A stretch of 57,271 nt of DNA, from positions 1 through 57,271 of IMG/VR virus record IMGVR_UViG_3300045918_000348; one strand, written 5' to 3'. Shown in pieces: positions 44,031 to 52,963 of this stretch (its first letter is position 1; every line of letters starts with the position of its first letter). A program made the position numbers and the translations under genes. This DNA comes from a virus. The notes under the pieces are model-generated. The model saw only the letters and a program-made list of their open reading frames with translations. It did not search any database and had not been told where the DNA came from.

Positions 44031-45446
44031 TTAACTTAATAAACCTGAATTTTTTAATTCAAATTTAACTAATACTTTTGTTCCATTTGACGGGTCTACT
44101 GCAGTTGCACCAGTTAGTAATAAAATTCTAACACTTTTTGTATGAATAGAATCTGCTTTTATTTGCATACGTATATCTTGTGCACTAGAACTTTGAATAA
44201 TACCTCTCAAGTACTTTACAACCATATAAGCATCATCAAAAGTAATAGTATAATCACCTACATCATTACGTACTACTGAAGTAACTCCAAATCCACTATT
44301 AATTGATGGTTGTGATGCAACACCACCAGAGAATATAGCTACTACGCCATCACCTTCTCCACCATCAACCATATTTTGAGCACCACCACCAGTTGCCGTT
44401 TGAAGGATTCGTAATGAACTCGCATCTGTAATAGTTACTGATTTGCCTGATACTGCACCAGTAGAGATAAGTTCTCTTAGTTCTGCTGTAGTTAAATATA
44501 CTGGAGTAATTGATACTGGAATAGATGAAGTAGTCGCAGCACTAAATGTTACGGCTCCTGTGAGGGCTATAAAACGTGCATCACTAGTTCCTGAACCACC
44601 ATCGACAGTAACACTTGCAGTTGCAATTACTGTACCTTTAAATGCACCAGTTCCAGATACATTTATTGTTGCTGATGAACCACATACCCAATAGACATTT
44701 GAAGCCAAAGCCCCACCAGTTAGTGCTATTGTTGGAGTGCCACCTGCACCAGTAATTAGTGTTGACGAACATCTAAATACAAATATATCAGTTGCAGACC
44801 CATTTAGAGTTAGAGTAGCATTTCCTGATGTAGCCAAATTGAATGTCCCAGATGTTTCGGTATATACTCCTGCACTTAAAGTTTGACCATCTAAATTAGC
44901 TGTAATTGATGTAGCACTTCTAGTTGATAGGTCTGTATAAGCAGCACCAGCATCAATCATGGCTTGGTTAGCTGCAGCATCAGTAATATGCTGAACTCCA
45001 CTAACTGTTCCTGGTGGAAACCCAGTTACAGATGTACCTGGATATAAACCAAGATTTCCTGTCAAAACTGTTGCACCAGTGTTAGTAATTGTAGAAGATG
45101 CTAATACAGCATAACTTGCTGAAGTTAATAAAGCAGGACTTCCAGACGGTGGAGTTGGAGCAGTGTTAGTACCATCATTAGGTGTAATAGTACATACAAT
45201 TGCTGCAGATGTGCCTGAAAAGTTTGCTAATACAGTATTTGTTGGATTAGGTTGAGCAGTCACAACTTGTGTCGTAAATGTATTAGTATTTCGTGAAGGT
45301 CCAGATGCAACTGATGTCAGCGTAATGTCATTTGTAAGGTCTAATATAGCTGTTGCTGCTGAATTGTTTCCTGCAGTAAATTTAAGATAAAGGTCTTTTA
45401 CTTCACGCTCTAAGGCTTGCTTAGAGTTGAATAATCTCGATGCCAT
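44031..45446 (-). CDS. decoration-like protein carrying an ice-binding-like (DUF3494) domain
   Basis: SYAVLASSTITNTGATVLTGNLGLYPGTSVTGFPPG ... AYTDL ... LSAGVYT ... DIFVFRCSSTL ... SNVYWVCGSSATI fits DUF3494. The N- and C-termini are homologous to the 124-aa protein at 45457..45831. Confidence 0.8.
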   Translation of the reverse strand: MASRLFNSKQALEREVKDLYLKFTAGNNSAATAILDLTNDITLTSVASGPSRNTNTFTTQVVTAQPNPTNTVLANFSGTSAAIVCTITPNDGTNTAPTPPSGSPALLTSASYAVLASSTITNTGATVLTGNLGLYPGTSVTGFPPGTVSGVQHITDAAANQAMIDAGAAYTDLSTRSATSITANLDGQTLSAGVYTETSGTFNLATSGNATLTLNGSATDIFVFRCSSTLITGAGGTPTIALTGGALASNVYWVCGSSATINVSGTGAFKGTVIATASVTVDGGSGTSDARFIALTGAVTFSAATTSSIPVSITPVYLTTAELRELISTGAVSGKSVTITDASSLRILQTATGGGAQNMVDGGEGDGVVAIFSGGVASQPSINSGFGVTSVVRNDVGDYTITFDDAYMVVKYLRGIIQSSSAQDIRMQIKADSIHTKSVRILLLTGATAVDPSNGTKVLVKFELKNSGLLS

Positions 45447-45456
45447 TTAATACTCC

Positions 45457-45831
45457 TTAAACTACGGTTGTATTTTTAACTTCAATTTTGAGTACCAAGA
45501 TTGAGCCGGATGAAGGGTCGGCTGGGCTTGCACCTGTAAGGGTGAAAAAGTTAATTGCCTTAGTAACATTTACATCTTCAGATTTTATTTGGATGCGAAT
45601 ATCTTCTGCGCTTGATTTTAGTAATGCACCTTCAAAAAATTTTAAAGAGCTATATTTATCTTCTAGGATAAGTGAATAATCACCAGTACTGTTACGAGCA
45701 ATTGATAAAATACCATAGTTATTGGCAGCTACCAGAGTTGGTGCTCCAGATGAACCAATTGAAACTTTACAATATAAGTCTTTTACTTCTTTTTCTAAAC
45801 TTTGTCTTCTATTAAACGAACGATTTGCCAT
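45457..45831 (-). CDS. putative head decoration protein (124 aa)
   Basis: First gene after the capsid gene. Paralogous to the two ends of 44031..45446. Confidence 0.6.
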   Translation of the reverse strand: MANRSFNRRQSLEKEVKDLYCKVSIGSSGAPTLVAANNYGILSIARNSTGDYSLILEDKYSSLKFFEGALLKSSAEDIRIQIKSEDVNVTKAINFFTLTGASPADPSSGSILVLKIEVKNTTVV

Positions 45832-45913
45832 TTGCAGGCTCCTTTTCTTTTAGTCTGGACTATGCATGATTGCCTAGCGCAGCATCTATATACCTAGGCT
45901 ACTTGTTTAGGGA

Positions 45914-45946
45914 ATAAAAAAACCCCATCCGAAGATGAGGTTTTAA
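45914..45946 (-). terminator. intrinsic terminator downstream of the major capsid gene
   Basis: Minus strand reads AAAACCTCATC-TTCG-GATGGGGTTTTTTTATT: a 7-bp stem with one G-U pair, a tetraloop and a T-run. Confidence 0.7.
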
Positions 45947-45970
45947 GTAGCTTATAATGAAAACTATCAA

Positions 45971-47188
45971 TTATGATAATTTTAGGTTGGCATTGAAACC
46001 AGGACCACGACAGCCTACTTGTGCATAGTACACTACTCGTACTTCAACTGCATCAGCAGAAGCTTCTCTTAGCATTTTAAGACCGTCAGAATCTTGGATT
46101 CGTGGGCATTTGCCAAGTGAGTAAAGTTTCCATACATCAAGTTGAAGCAAGAAGCCTCTGTCTGATGGACAGTTTTGGTCAGGTATAACTTTCACTGGGC
46201 CTTTTGGTCCGTGAACTTCTACTCCTCTAAAGCTTACAGTAGCATCACCAGTTTTAACGGCTTCGCCAATATATTGAACTTTAGAACCTAAAGATTTAAC
46301 TAACTCATCCCATTTTGTGTAGTTCACAAATAAGTGAGATGGAGTTCCACCTTCACGGCTAACTCTATGGATACCGCTCATGATAGCTTCTTCAATTGGT
46401 AAAGCTGAACCATCTATACGAATACCACCAAGACGTGTCTTGTCAACTGAACGGTCAACAGAGAAGAATGGTGTTGCAGATGGAGCACTGTTTGGAAGCC
46501 AAGCTTGAAGACCTTTGATTTTGCTGTCATAATCACCTTCGATGAAGATGTAGTCATTTGCAGCAACACCAGAACCAGAAGCAATTCCTGATAAAGCATC
46601 AACTGTTAATTCACCACTGTCTCGGTCGATATTAGTGATTGAAACTGAACCAGCTTTAAGTGAACCACCACCATCAGCAGTAGAAAACTTCAATTTTTGT
46701 CCAACTTCAAAGTTAGTTACGTCATCTGCATTTTTAAGTTGCAAAGAAGTACTTGTTACTGAAGCATTACACTGACCGATTGAACCAGAACCACTGCGAT
46801 ACATTGCGATTGCAAGTGAGCGAGTAAGTTGGTTGATTGCGCCGTCGATTTCAGTAGTTGCAGCTTCCATAAAAGCATTTGCATCACCTTTAGAAGCCTC
46901 AAGGACCTCGTTATCAATTGATGCCAAAGCAAAGTCATGGTCTCTTATCAATACGAAATCAGAGATTTTTGAAGCTGTTTTGTTAGCTTGTGCAGTTGCA
47001 AAGGCTGCGCTACGTCCTTGTGGGTTACCAAATATGATTGGAATTGGTAAATTTTTACCACCGAAATTTTCCATTTTTGGCATAAGAGCTAAAAGTGGGT
47101 TATTTTTATAAACCATATTCATAATACGGTCTGAAGTATAGTGCTGTTTAAGGGCACTGTTAAAACTTGTCATGTCTAGAGAAGCCAT
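45971..47188 (-). CDS. major capsid protein
   Basis: 405 aa, directly after the scaffold-like gene and followed by a strong terminator. Called from position and size. Confidence 0.7.
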   Translation of the reverse strand: MASLDMTSFNSALKQHYTSDRIMNMVYKNNPLLALMPKMENFGGKNLPIPIIFGNPQGRSAAFATAQANKTASKISDFVLIRDHDFALASIDNEVLEASKGDANAFMEAATTEIDGAINQLTRSLAIAMYRSGSGSIGQCNASVTSTSLQLKNADDVTNFEVGQKLKFSTADGGGSLKAGSVSITNIDRDSGELTVDALSGIASGSGVAANDYIFIEGDYDSKIKGLQAWLPNSAPSATPFFSVDRSVDKTRLGGIRIDGSALPIEEAIMSGIHRVSREGGTPSHLFVNYTKWDELVKSLGSKVQYIGEAVKTGDATVSFRGVEVHGPKGPVKVIPDQNCPSDRGFLLQLDVWKLYSLGKCPRIQDSDGLKMLREASADAVEVRVVYYAQVGCRGPGFNANLKLS

Positions 47189-47321
47189 TTGTTTGTCCTT
47201 TTAATTAGTTAGTTAAATAAAGTTAATTATGTTTTCATTTTACTCTATCCCCTAGAAAACTTTTTTATGGGGCTTCGAGATAATTGCTTTATTTAGAGAC
47301 TAACCATTGGTAAACGGCTAC

Positions 47322-48311
47322 TTACTCTTGAGTCCACCTGATAAGCTTTGCAGCTTCGGCTTTTGACTCATCATCACTTAGGAATCGTCCTGTGCTTGGT
47401 CGTACTTGCGCGTTTGAATTCGACAACGTGACACTTGACTTACTATCTGGCTTCGTTTTTGGAGGTTCAACTGGCTCCATCAGCTTTTTAATCTTACTTA
47501 GCTTAATTCGGTCCTTCGCTTGGTCCAGCAGATAGTTCTCAACTAATTCTGCAGCTTTAGTTACATCCATCACTTCTCCTTGCGGATTTTCCTCACCAGC
47601 CTCTTCCTTAGCTGCGCGAGTCGCTCTGAAGTGTTCATCAATAACTTCGAATACTAGGTCACTGCCGTTTGTACCTTCGGCTGCTAGTAACTCTAATGAT
47701 TCTTTGTTTACCTCGATATGTTTTCCGATTGAACCTCTAAATTCTTCTAGTGCTACTTGCTGAGACTCTTCTTCTCTAGTTTTTACAGCATCTTCACGTG
47801 CTTTTCTTTCTGCAGCTAGTTCGGCTTTTAATTGCTCTAACTCGGACTTATATGAGCCCTGCAATTCTTCTTTCATGAGTTGCATTTGAAGTTCTGGTGT
47901 CAATTTACCATCATTAAGGGCTACCGATGATAAAGTTTCTGGGTCTAATCCAAGTTCTTTTAAAGTTTCAAAGGGATTCATGCGAAGGCGCTTTTCAAGT
48001 GGGATAGTTGCAGGCTTAGGTGGCTCAATAACTTGTGACCGCTTATCAAATTCAGCTTGTTGTGCTTTAAATTTTCGTTCTTGGTCTTTAAGTTGTTTTT
48101 CTTTTCTAGAAAGGGCTGCAAATTTTTGTGCAAAGCGACGGTCTTCTAAAGTTTCGGCAGGTTTTGCTGCAGGTTCACTTGTAGGGGCAGCTTCAACTTG
48201 AGCTGGAGCGGCGTTTCCTGCTAATATTGAATTGACATTTGATTCTGGGTTTGCGAGTGATGCTACTACGTCTGATGCAGTTGGGGCTGCGGGTGCGGCT
48301 TGGTCGGCCAT
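47322..48311 (-). CDS. scaffolding protein
   Basis: Acidic, Ala/Glu/Lys-rich coiled coil lying between the portal and capsid genes. Confidence 0.65.
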   Translation of the reverse strand: MADQAAPAAPTASDVVASLANPESNVNSILAGNAAPAQVEAAPTSEPAAKPAETLEDRRFAQKFAALSRKEKQLKDQERKFKAQQAEFDKRSQVIEPPKPATIPLEKRLRMNPFETLKELGLDPETLSSVALNDGKLTPELQMQLMKEELQGSYKSELEQLKAELAAERKAREDAVKTREEESQQVALEEFRGSIGKHIEVNKESLELLAAEGTNGSDLVFEVIDEHFRATRAAKEEAGEENPQGEVMDVTKAAELVENYLLDQAKDRIKLSKIKKLMEPVEPPKTKPDSKSSVTLSNSNAQVRPSTGRFLSDDESKAEAAKLIRWTQE

Positions 48312-48397
48312 TAGAAATCTCCTTGTAAATTGCTGAATTAGGTTAACCCATTATGGGTAAACCAGCACTTATCTGTGCGTACCTTAAGGCTACCTGT

Positions 48398-50269
48398 TTA
48401 CTGAACAGGAGCCTGTTGTGGAGCGGCTTGTTGTGGTTGCTGTTCATCTTCTTCTGGTGCAGGAGTCTGTTGTGCTAATTGTTCAGAAGCCATTTGTTGC
48501 ATTTGTAGTGCTTGTTCTTGTTGTTGACGGCCTTGGTCAATAACTGAACGCTGCATCAAAGCATTTGCATCTTCAACCCAACGACGAATTAATTCTAAAC
48601 GCGATTCTGGAGCATTTTCCGACCTAAATAGAAGGTATGCTTGTTGCATCTTCTTGATACCGCCACCCAAATCTTGATAAGGTTCTGGTGTAGTATACTC
48701 TCCATGCTCAATTATCTTTTCAATTACCATATTAATATCTTCACCTGCAGCAGTTTCAAATTGGTAGAAGCCTTGTAAGTCAGGAAAATCAAGAAGCTTC
48801 AAAGCATCTTCGCGACTTACGAAACCTGCTTGAATAAGTTCTTGTATATCTTGTAATTTTCCTGCGGGACTAGCAGAGAGTGCCGAAGATGGAAATAGAG
48901 ACATTATATATTGGTCTTTATCAAGAGAAACATCTTTCCACTTGATAGTTTCCATAAATTTCTTGCCCTTAACTTTAATAGAATATTTTCCATCCATATC
49001 ACTATCAATTTCTTTTGCAAGTTCGATAAAGTGTTCAGCAGCATCTAAAAAAGTGCGTTCATATCGTTGAGCATTAGACATAAAGCGTTCAGTTTCAAGG
49101 TCATTATATTCGCGAATGGCTTTACCACTATCAAGGCCTGCAGGCTTAGCAGCATTTGCAGTTAATTGACTGATGCCAATAATTTCATATGCACGTTGAT
49201 AGAGACGGTCTAAGTGGCTGAAAAGTTCCGTAGGAATGGTTCCAAGTTGACCTGGAGTTGGCACTTGACCACTATATTTTATAATTCCACCGATACGGTT
49301 ATCTAGGTGAGAATCAACAATTTTACTCGATGCCTCAACAAATATTTTAGGTACACTTATCAAGTGCATAGACACTTGTATAGTTTTTAGAATTTTATTA
49401 ATTTCTAATTGCAGGCCAGTGAGCTGCTCACTAATACCTTGACCAAAAAATCCAAGGGGTCGTGTATTCCATCTGAAAAATATAAATGGGAATTTATCTG
49501 CATTATATTCTTCTCTAAATAAAGTTGTATTATTGATGGTAATGGCATGTACTCCATCTTTAGCTTCTGAGGCCGACGGTAAGTGCCAACTCTCAATAAC
49601 TAAAATCATATCAGATGATTGTCCACCTGCAGAACTATAGTAGGTAGTAGTGTCATGAGCCGCCATATCAATTGCAAGCGCATCTTTCGGAAACATTTCC
49701 TTCAATACATCTTTATGAATAAATTTCTTTTGGTGCATTTGGCGAGGCTCACCATAAAAGCTCTCTCTATCATCAACAATAACTTCATCAATAAAAACGC
49801 GCTCAACTTTAATATTAACGCCATCTTTAAATATTTTTAGGCACCCTGTTCCGAATATGCAGGCATCTTGGAACGCCACAGTTGCTTTATCATAAAATTT
49901 AGTAGCTTGAAACTGACCTTCAACAAACTGGCTTAACTTTTTAGCAACTCTTTGTTGCATGAAGTTTCCACCCTCAGTTAAAAAGGTAGGCTTTGGTCTA
50001 TTTTTACCTATCTTAGAAACTGCGGTGTCAACCATACTTTGAATTATATTCATTGTTACTCGGTTTTGAATAGAGTTTAGGGGCTCCGAACGCTGATACT
50101 GGTATGACCGCAAGTTAGCCAAATCATAGTTTCCATACAACTTCATGTGCTTAAAATTATCATTTTGTCTATAGGCTTGGTCTTGGTCTAGATATTTAAG
50201 ATAAGAAAAAACGGATTGATGAACTTCTTTCTCATCATCTTTCCACCAGTAATACTGCTTATTGTCCAC
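48398..50269 (-). CDS. portal protein
   Basis: 623 aa, upstream of the scaffold and capsid genes, with a Gln/Pro-rich C-terminal tail. GTG start. Confidence 0.7.
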   Translation of the reverse strand: MDNKQYYWWKDDEKEVHQSVFSYLKYLDQDQAYRQNDNFKHMKLYGNYDLANLRSYQYQRSEPLNSIQNRVTMNIIQSMVDTAVSKIGKNRPKPTFLTEGGNFMQQRVAKKLSQFVEGQFQATKFYDKATVAFQDACIFGTGCLKIFKDGVNIKVERVFIDEVIVDDRESFYGEPRQMHQKKFIHKDVLKEMFPKDALAIDMAAHDTTTYYSSAGGQSSDMILVIESWHLPSASEAKDGVHAITINNTTLFREEYNADKFPFIFFRWNTRPLGFFGQGISEQLTGLQLEINKILKTIQVSMHLISVPKIFVEASSKIVDSHLDNRIGGIIKYSGQVPTPGQLGTIPTELFSHLDRLYQRAYEIIGISQLTANAAKPAGLDSGKAIREYNDLETERFMSNAQRYERTFLDAAEHFIELAKEIDSDMDGKYSIKVKGKKFMETIKWKDVSLDKDQYIMSLFPSSALSASPAGKLQDIQELIQAGFVSREDALKLLDFPDLQGFYQFETAAGEDINMVIEKIIEHGEYTTPEPYQDLGGGIKKMQQAYLLFRSENAPESRLELIRRWVEDANALMQRSVIDQGRQQQEQALQMQQMASEQLAQQTPAPEEDEQQPQQAAPQQAPVQ

Positions 50270-50285
50270 TTGTAGATTCCTTTAA

Positions 50286-50537
50286 TTAAGGGTTAGAACT
50301 CCAAAAAAGTAACTCTGTATCTTCTTTGGACATTTCTGGTTGCTGTGTTTCGTCAGTAGTATTACTTTGAGGGGCCTCATAATTGGCCGTTTTCAGTACT
50401 TCTGCGGTAACTGCTTGATTAATATTTGCAGCAATCGCGTAGTCGCTTAGTTCAAAAGAAGTATCTCCAACTTGTATTCGCTTTATATTTCGTTTGATGG
50501 CCCATTCAATTAAATCTTTAAGTTCGTCAATGTCCAT
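50286..50537 (-). CDS. hypothetical protein (83 aa)
   Basis: AAGGAGCG SD upstream. First gene after the 289-bp gap. Confidence 0.6.
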   Translation of the reverse strand: MDIDELKDLIEWAIKRNIKRIQVGDTSFELSDYAIAANINQAVTAEVLKTANYEAPQSNTTDETQQPEMSKEDTELLFWSSNP

Positions 50538-50764
50538 AGATATCGCTCCTTAACTTAGAGGATGGTTGTTTAGCTACTTGAAAGTTGGCATATATGACAC
50601 TTATTGGTACTGGAAGTGTGCCTTATATGGCATTTTTAAATTTGTATACAGATATACCACTAAGTCGTACAGTGTTAGAATTGTATACTATAGTTTACTT
50701 TAAACCAGATAATGATACTCATAGTATACATTTTCATCAAAATGTAACATATAAGTTACTTTAA

Positions 50765-50825
50765 ATTATATCCTATCGGGTATAAAATCAATTAAAATGT
50801 GCCTAATTATACCATATCGGGTATA
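50765..50825 (-). promoter_or_regulatory. two tandem promoter-like modules TATACCCGATAKGRTATAAT (minus strand)
   Basis: Copies at 50765..50784 and 50806..50825, each ending in TATAAT. They lie in the gap upstream of the head-gene operon. Confidence 0.4.
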
Positions 50826-50826
50826 G

Positions 50827-52656
50827 TTAATCAAAATCCTCTTTAAGTAGAAACTCAGTTTCTTCTTTAGAGGCTTCAAGTCCTTTGGGGCGCTGCGCTT
50901 CAGCAAGCTCCTTTGCAAACTCATCTTCTAGTTGTAGCATATATTCTAAAGTATCGCGGTGGTTAGGTGCTTGGGAAGCTTCCGATTGATAGTGGCGACA
51001 CTCACGCCAAGCGTACAAAATCGCATCACAGTTATGTACTAATATGCCATTTGCAAAATATTCATGAGGACCATTAATTTTGATATTATAAACGTCTTCT
51101 TTTTTGGTTAGTATTTCTCGTGTTACAAGAACGAGAGCAGAATTTTTGTTTATTGAATCCCATTCGCATATATTAGCACATCTATCCAAATCTGTCAAGT
51201 CTTCTGCAGCAATAAATCCACGATTATATGTATATATTGGGTGATTTCCTGTACATACTATACTCACCCCACTACTGAAAGTAAGCCTCATCACTTCTTT
51301 ATTACTACCTGTTTTAGCAGTCCATTCTAATGGAAAGTATCCGCTTCTAGTTAATATTAAATCATTAGTATTTAGGTGTTCTATTGGTTTTGGACCATTG
51401 GCTGTGGTTATTAATGTTCCAGCAATAAAGCAGCTATCTGAGTGGTAGCTATCAGAAATTTTTAATTGACTAGAGTTGCGGTCCCACTCCACAAGGTTAC
51501 AGTCTTCTTCAAAACGGCTACCTTCATAGGCCATTAATTTTCCGGTTCTAAGGTCATCGTTTAAAAGTGTGATAAATTCAAATTTACGTTTCTTATCTGC
51601 AGCTTCAATGTTTAAACTATGACGTTGTTGGATTTCCGATTGGATTTTTTTACCCAATGCGCCAGCATCCATGACCATCTTGACTGGCTGGTATTTTTCT
51701 TGTAGGTTCTTGATAGCATCTACGAGGGACGTAATGTCTTGCTTATTTTTTATCCACTCTTCAACTAAATAAACTTTCTTTTCGGTATAATTATAACCAA
51801 GTACGGCAATGGCATCACTATCATTGAAACCTATGTCGATACCAAAGATATAAACCATTTTTCCTGCAGGCAGAGAAGAGAATAGATTTTTTACAGGGTC
51901 AAACTTGAAAACAAGTGCTTCAATATCTTTTGCCCATTGTCCATAAAATTCTCGCTGTATTGAAGGGTCTTGTTTAGACACTCCCCGTCTTTGACACGTT
52001 TCTTGTATAATTAATTCTGGGTCCTTGTTACTTTTAAGTATGATGTGAGGATTATTGTGCATTGTCCAGTGATGGTGACTCCAACCTTTACTGTGACTTG
52101 CAGTATAAAATAATCCTGCAGGAATAGGGCCAGGAGTACCGATAAGGGCAAGTGACCCATCATAATCTATTAAAGTTGGTTCAATAACGTCTTGAATAAA
52201 ATCTTTTAAATACTCGCGAAAACTTTGTGCTTCATCTATATAGACTTTTCTTAAGGCAACACCCCGCCACTTATCTGCATCGGACTCATCTTTGGCTCCT
52301 GATACATATATAACATTTTTATTGGGTAGTGTAATGGTTAAATCAGTATTGTCTAGGTGAACATCAATGTTAAACTTTTCACAAGTCTCTAAAAGCTGTC
52401 GCCAAATAATACGCTTAGCTGTACGACGGTTCAAAGTAATATAGGCTACATCTCCAGGCAGCGTTAGGGCTGTATAAAGTAAGTCAAAAGCGCAGCCTGT
52501 AGATTTTCCACTTCGACGAGATGTAACTGCGGTTTTGAATTTGGCCGTATCCTGAATGAACTTTAACTGTTCTGGAAAACATACATCTTCAAGCGCAAAT
52601 AGTTGTTTCTGCGCCCTCTTCTGTAATTGTGCGGCAATCTTTTTACTGATAGTCAC
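50827..52656 (-). CDS. terL: terminase large subunit, interrupted by a mini-intein
   Basis: Walker A SRRSGKST, Walker B-like KVYIDEAQ, and nuclease motifs GIDIGF and HSDS//CDAILYAW, the latter split by the intein. GTG start. Confidence 0.85.
   Translation of the reverse strand: MTISKKIAAQLQKRAQKQLFALEDVCFPEQLKFIQDTAKFKTAVTSRRSGKSTGCAFDLLYTALTLPGDVAYITLNRRTAKRIIWRQLLETCEKFNIDVHLDNTDLTITLPNKNVIYVSGAKDESDADKWRGVALRKVYIDEAQSFREYLKDFIQDVIEPTLIDYDGSLALIGTPGPIPAGLFYTASHSKGWSHHHWTMHNNPHIILKSNKDPELIIQETCQRRGVSKQDPSIQREFYGQWAKDIEALVFKFDPVKNLFSSLPAGKMVYIFGIDIGFNDSDAIAVLGYNYTEKKVYLVEEWIKNKQDITSLVDAIKNLQEKYQPVKMVMDAGALGKKIQSEIQQRHSLNIEAADKKRKFEFITLLNDDLRTGKLMAYEGSRFEEDCNLVEWDRNSSQLKISDSYHSDSCFIAGTLITTANGPKPIEHLNTNDLILTRSGYFPLEWTAKTGSNKEVMRLTFSSGVSIVCTGNHPIYTYNRGFIAAEDLTDLDRCANICEWDSINKNSALVLVTREILTKKEDVYNIKINGPHEYFANGILVHNCDAILYAWRECRHYQSEASQAPNHRDTLEYMLQLEDEFAKELAEAQRPKGLEASKEETEFLLKEDFD
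51031..51432 (-). mobile_element. mini-intein (134 aa, residues 409-542 of TerL), no homing endonuclease domain
   Basis: Starts with Cys in CFIAGTLITT (block A-like) and ends in GILVHN followed by a +1 Cys. Removing it joins YHSDS to CDAILYAW. Confidence 0.8.
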
Positions 52657-52668
52657 TTGTAAGTTACC

Positions 52669-52938
52669 TTACTTTGCTTTTGGAGATTTCACTTCTTTTT
52701 GAGCAGATTCTCCATCCTCTTTATGAGACCCTGGTTCAATTTGAATTGATGCAAGGTTGTTGAAAGAGATTACTACTGCGTCCTTCTCAACTTCTATTAA
52801 AACTCCCATGCCTTCGAGTAAAGTTAATTTTATGTCACCACGTAAGCCAGATGCCAGTGGGTTTTCAAGTGATATGAAGCTTACTAGTTTATTAGTAACA
52901 TATACTGGTTGGTAGAGTTTAATTCCTTTGATTTTCAT
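52669..52938 (-). CDS. hypothetical protein (89 aa)
   Basis: AAGGAGC SD upstream. Confidence 0.6.
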   Translation of the reverse strand: MKIKGIKLYQPVYVTNKLVSFISLENPLASGLRGDIKLTLLEGMGVLIEVEKDAVVISFNNLASIQIEPGSHKEDGESAQKEVKSPKAK

Positions 52939-52963
52939 TTAAATGCTCCTTGGTTGTTTAAAA

